A DNA stretch of 64,000 bases from the human T2T-CHM13v2.0 reference genome, Homo sapiens. Position numbers and translations under genes: made by a program. Position 1 is the stretch's first letter. Every line of letters starts with the position of its first letter. The DNA lies in assembly GCF_009914755.1 (NCBI RefSeq), contig NC_060930.1. The stretch is one strand, 5' to 3'. Of the stretch, positions 59,325 through 64,000 are shown one piece after another. The notes beneath the pieces are model-generated. The model was not told where the DNA came from. It saw only the letters and a program-made list of their open reading frames with translations, and did no database searches.

Positions 59325-59683
59325 TTTCTTTTTTATATATATAATTTCAACTTTTATGGTAGATTCAGGGGGTACATGTGCAGGTTTGTTACATGGGTAT
59401 ATTGCATGATGCTGAGGTTTGGGGTACGATTGATCTCATCACCCAGGTAGTAGACATAGTACCCAATAGTTAGTTTTTCAGCCCTTGCCCCCACTCCCTC
59501 CCCTCTCCAGTAGTCCCCAGTGTCTATTGTTCTATCTTTATGTCCATGAGTACCCAATGTTTAAGGGAGAACATGCTGCACTGTTTGGTTTTCTGTTCCT
59601 GTGTTAATTCACTCAGGATAATGGCCTCCAGCTGCATCCATGTTGCCTGAAAAGGACACGAGCTCATTCTTTTTTATAGCTGC
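59325..59683 (-). mobile_element. L1PA/L1PB-type 3' end
   Basis: ggggtacatgtgcaggtttgttacatgggtatattgcatgatgctgaggtttgggg...ggcctccagctgcatccatgttgc. Confidence 0.9.
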
Positions 59684-60962
59684 AAGAGGAAGGCTTTTCT
59701 ATTCCCTGCTTCTCCATGGTTATTCTTACTGTGCTGTCCTGGAAGGCCAAATACTTCTTCCAGCAGAAGGGTCCTGCCCATCCCACATTCCCAGATTGGT
59801 CAGGCAGAAGAGGGATAAGTGGTTCAGGAAATGAAGATTGGGGAGTAGAAAACATTGGGAGTCAGAGGCCCAGTTTTCTTTCATAGCCATTATTAGTTGG
59901 AAATATGTACCAATTTCTCTGTGACCTATGGCATGTCTCGCTGAGCAGAAGAATGTGTTTCTCAAAGATAGGTAAACACCATGGGAATGTTAAAGTACCA
60001 CCCTTGCAAGCTTCTTACTGAGTGGAAGCTGCCTTTGAAGTGGACTGGGTCTGTCTCTGAGGAATAATTTCAAGAACTCCATTTAGCTCTCCAAGAGGAG
60101 GGGAACACTACAGCTGACATGTCCATTTGAACAATCTGTACACTTAATGCCCTACCCAACTCTATTTGGGTAGGTGCTGGAAAGTTATGTAAACCAAAGC
60201 CAATCCATTTCCAGTGAAGGAACTGGGTTGGGGGTGGGGGCTGTGCTTCCAGCGCTACCTCCAGATAAGGTATAAGATGAAGCTTAAGATTCTGATTAGG
60301 CAGAGACAGAGGAATCCTGTGCAAAAGATTTTCATTGCTTAGTAAACAAAGATTTGGTGAGCCTGTGCTAGATGCCTGGCCACTTGTGGAAAGTCACTAT
60401 GAGTGAGATAGCTCTGGGGGAGGGGGGTGCCAGGAGATTACACACTGGAGTGTGTATATTTGTAGGAATGTATGCTCTACCTTTGTTTTTTAAAACAGAG
60501 TTTTACTAATTTACAGTCAGCTATAGGAAAACTTCAAGATAAATTTAAGAGGAAGGTGAAGATAAGTGCAGTGTGCTCTGAAATGGCCATAGAGGTCAAG
60601 AGAGAAAAACATCAGTGACTCTTACCCAGGTCTGAGATTTTTAAAAAATCAGTGGGTGGGGGAGTGGAGACAGGAGGTGTGAGAGGGTGGGAAGAGATTC
60701 AGGAAAGACCACTAGAGCAATGGGATTTGACATGGAATTAAAAGACTGAGTCTTATGGTTAAAACCAGATTGAAGCTGGTGGGACGAGGAGAGGTGGGTG
60801 GAGAGAGCGGCATGAGCAGAGGCATGGAGCCAGAAAAGTTCAGGTCATTTGGTTTTTCTAGGGTGCTGACTGTGTGTAAGGGCAGAATGAGAAATAAGAG
60901 TAGAAAGCGAGATTTGCACCAGGTAGTGAGAGGGCCTCGAGCATCAGGCCAAGAGATGAGTA

Positions 60963-61273
60963 CAGCCAGCCCTCCATATCCATGGTTTTCTGCATCTGTG
61001 GATTTAGCCAACTGTGGATAGAAATATTTGGGGGAAAAAATAACAAAACAACAATAAAAAATAATGTAAATAAAAATACAGTGTAACAATTACTTACATA
61101 TAGCATTTACATTGTATCAGGTATTATAAGTAAACTAGAGATGATTTAGAATATACAAGATGTGTGTAGGTTATATGCAATGTTATTTCATGTCAGGGAC
61201 TTGAACATCCACAGGTTTTGATATCCAAATGGTGTTCTGGAACCAATCCCTAGTGGATACTGAGGGATGACTC
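60963..61273. mobile_element. MER2 (TcMar-Tigger)
   Basis: TA-cagccagccctccatatcc...ggaaccaatccc...ggatactgagggatgact; TIR-like ends. Confidence 0.85.
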
Positions 61274-62199
61274 CTGGATATGCTATCAAGGCAGTATCTC
61301 AGAATCCTTTAAACGGGCTGGAAGACAGCTTTACCAGTCTAATGAATCACCTCTTCTTTATGGCTCCTTCTGAGCGTATCCCAAACCAGAGAGGTCAGCA
61401 GTGCTGGGCGATTCTTCACAGGATATTTATGTCCTGTTAACATGCAGCATTTCTGGGCAGCCTTATGGGCTCCACTGTTTCCTCCTGGCCAAGAAATACA
61501 AAATCACCTGGGCAAAGCTGGGCTTAATTGAGGTTGGCTGTGTGGGCTCGTAAGCCAGTGTCTCTTTGCATCGAGAGGAGTTTCATTTGCTGATATCACC
61601 TGTGCAGATAAAGGTTGCAGGTGCTTACAATGGCCCAGGGATCTACATCTATCCAAGATCTAGGTGCTGTGGGCCAGTTCTCTAGTGTGACTGAAATGCA
61701 AAAGCCCTGCTACATTTTAAATTTGAAAAAACTTAAAGGCAATTGAGGTCTTATTGGAAAGAATTCAGAAGATCAAGGTTTGCTTACGTCCTAAACATTA
61801 ACAGGGCCCTTTATGTGTAACCCTTCAATGTTGTTTCTTAGTGATACTGTACTTGGTTTCTGTGGATATCACTCTGTAAAGAGAAACTCCAAAAGTGTTT
61901 CCCCCAGTGATTGGCCCTAAACCCAGGGCCTTGGCAGGCTTTCCTGGAATAGGGCATTAGTTAATGGCTGCTCCCCACCCTATCCCTGACCAGTGCCTGT
62001 AGCCGGCTTTGCCATATCCTGTTCTTGCTGATTTTTTTCTTTGTTGTCCTTGGACCCCCGGGAGGTGGGGAACTCTGCTCTGAAGGCTCTGAAGGTGCTT
62101 GGGCCTAGCTCACCTCTTCACTGTGAGACCTGGGGAGGGAGAAGGAAGGCTGTCGGGTGGGAGCCCCTCAGGCTGCTCCTGGAAAGAAGTGCAGGACCA

Positions 62200-62420
62200 C
62201 AGATGGGCTCAGGTTCAGGAGTCAGCAGATCCAGCTTCAAGCCCCAGCTCCACCATCTCCACCTCGGTGCATGGACTACCTCAGTAAGCTCACTGTTATT
62301 ATTCTTATTTGTGAAACTGAGGCAGTTAGATCTGTGTTTCAGAGTGTTTTACCAATTAGAGATGTGTTTAACTGCCTAGCACAGTTCCTAGCATGCATAA
62401 AGTGTTGACTAAATGGTAGA
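62200..62420 (+). mobile_element. MIR (degenerate)
   Basis: ggagtcagcagatccagcttcaagccccagctccacca...cctagcacagttcctagcatgcata. Confidence 0.55.
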
Positions 62421-62490
62421 TATTAATGTTACTATCTTGCTTGGAGCTGCAGAGAATGGGAACTGAGGACTGGAGTGTGTTCAGACCTTA

Positions 62491-62808
<318 letters not shown>

Positions 62809-64000
62809 CAGAGCTCTTTGCAGGAGGTTCTTTGTTGTTTGGTGGTAGCAGAGTCACGGGGAACCCCTGGAGTTCAAACCCTTCAACTGGTGATCCTCCT
62901 GCACAGCTCTGCCTCACTGCAGGGATGGGAGAGCCCACCCAGCCTGAGAAAGTCAGGCAGGCACCTTCCCCACTGTTCTCATTTGAGAAATTAATGAGCT
63001 TTCTGTTGAACTCCCTGAGAGGAGAAGAGAGGTTGGAGAGAAATCTACAGCCTTCTCTACAATTTGTTTTTCAAATATATTCTTCCACATAATGGCCAGC
63101 AAATGGCTGGTTGGTTGAGATGATGTTCTCCAGTTGGGGAACATGTATGGCTAATAGATTTGGGAGTCATTTTCTCCAAATACAGACTGCTCCTTATTGT
63201 GGGTTAATGCAGCCCTGTTGAACTACCCTGAGCAACATGACTTCTGAAAGATGGCCTGGTTAAGGTAAACCTCTGTGATCATATCTGTTAATGACACTAG
63301 CATTCTCCCTATTTTCTATTGTATTTTTGGTGACAAGTCATAGAGTTTGCCTTTAAAAGAGCTCAGCCTAAGAGGAGATCTGAATCCAAACTTCAGTAGT
63401 TATTTTCTGTGTTCTCCAGTCAAGTCAAAGCACTCTTTGTTGTCTTAATGATGCTTGGGACATAATAGAGGGCAAACTGAGAAGGTGTACGTAAATAAAA
63501 TTTTAAAAATATACAGATAAGGAGTGGGAAATTCACCCACATCCCTCCATGCATACTTAACCTCTGTTAACATTCAATACATATCCAAATTCGGAGTCTT
63601 AGTGTATTTACTGATTATAATTTGCTTTTCTTACCTAATAACTGCACGTTGTGGATATCTTACCATGGCAGCATCAATAAGACCTGGATTCAGATCGTCA
63701 TTCTAAAAAGGCTGAGTATTCTCTTGTATGGCTATATCATAAGGTTGGTTAGTTTGTTGTTGTTGAAACTTCTCCAACCATTAGATACTGCACAGGGCAT
63801 TTTCCACCTGCCCTTCAGGTCCAGTTCCTACCCTTTTCTATCTGCTTATGTGTCGTGCATTAATAGGCCAAGGGGTTGTTGGATTGGTTTTGTCCCTCTA
63901 CTGAAAGCCACCACTCCTGGGAGGGACCTTCTCCCAATAGCTGTTCTCTCTGGGTTCTAGTAAACAGTCCTTCCCTTTGACCCTTCTGACCTAAGGCTCC

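Overview
Human (primate) genomic DNA lying entirely inside ANKS1A (Odin; ankyrin repeat-SAM-PTB adaptor) on the + strand. Ten canonical coding exons can be read with GT-AG boundaries and continuous reading phase. They are exons 2-11 if numbered from my recollection of the reference mRNA, with exon 1 upstream and exon 12 onward downstream of the window, and they encode the ankyrin repeats and the acidic/Pro/Ser-rich linker. An additional in-frame 63-nt cassette exon sits at 13465-13527. The introns carry about 35 Alu elements, old L1/L2/MIR fragments, Tigger and hAT DNA-transposon fossils and microsatellites. They also contain a ~580-bp (CCCTT/CCCCTT)n tract that is the expanded tail of a truncated Alu, and a ~5.9-kb two-LTR Harlequin/HERV-E-type provirus (tRNA-Glu PBS) in sense orientation in intron 10. 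Main points of interest: (1) the cassette exon remodels an ankyrin hairpin; (2) the provirus shows an APOBEC3-type G-to-A signature; (3) the LTR could drive an ankyrin-less ANKS1A isoform; (4) the Alu-tail repeat resembles the RFC1/CANVAS repeat; (5) two Alus carry template-switch scars. No rRNA, tRNA or CRISPR features were found. Repeat subfamily names are from memory and repeat ends are approximate.
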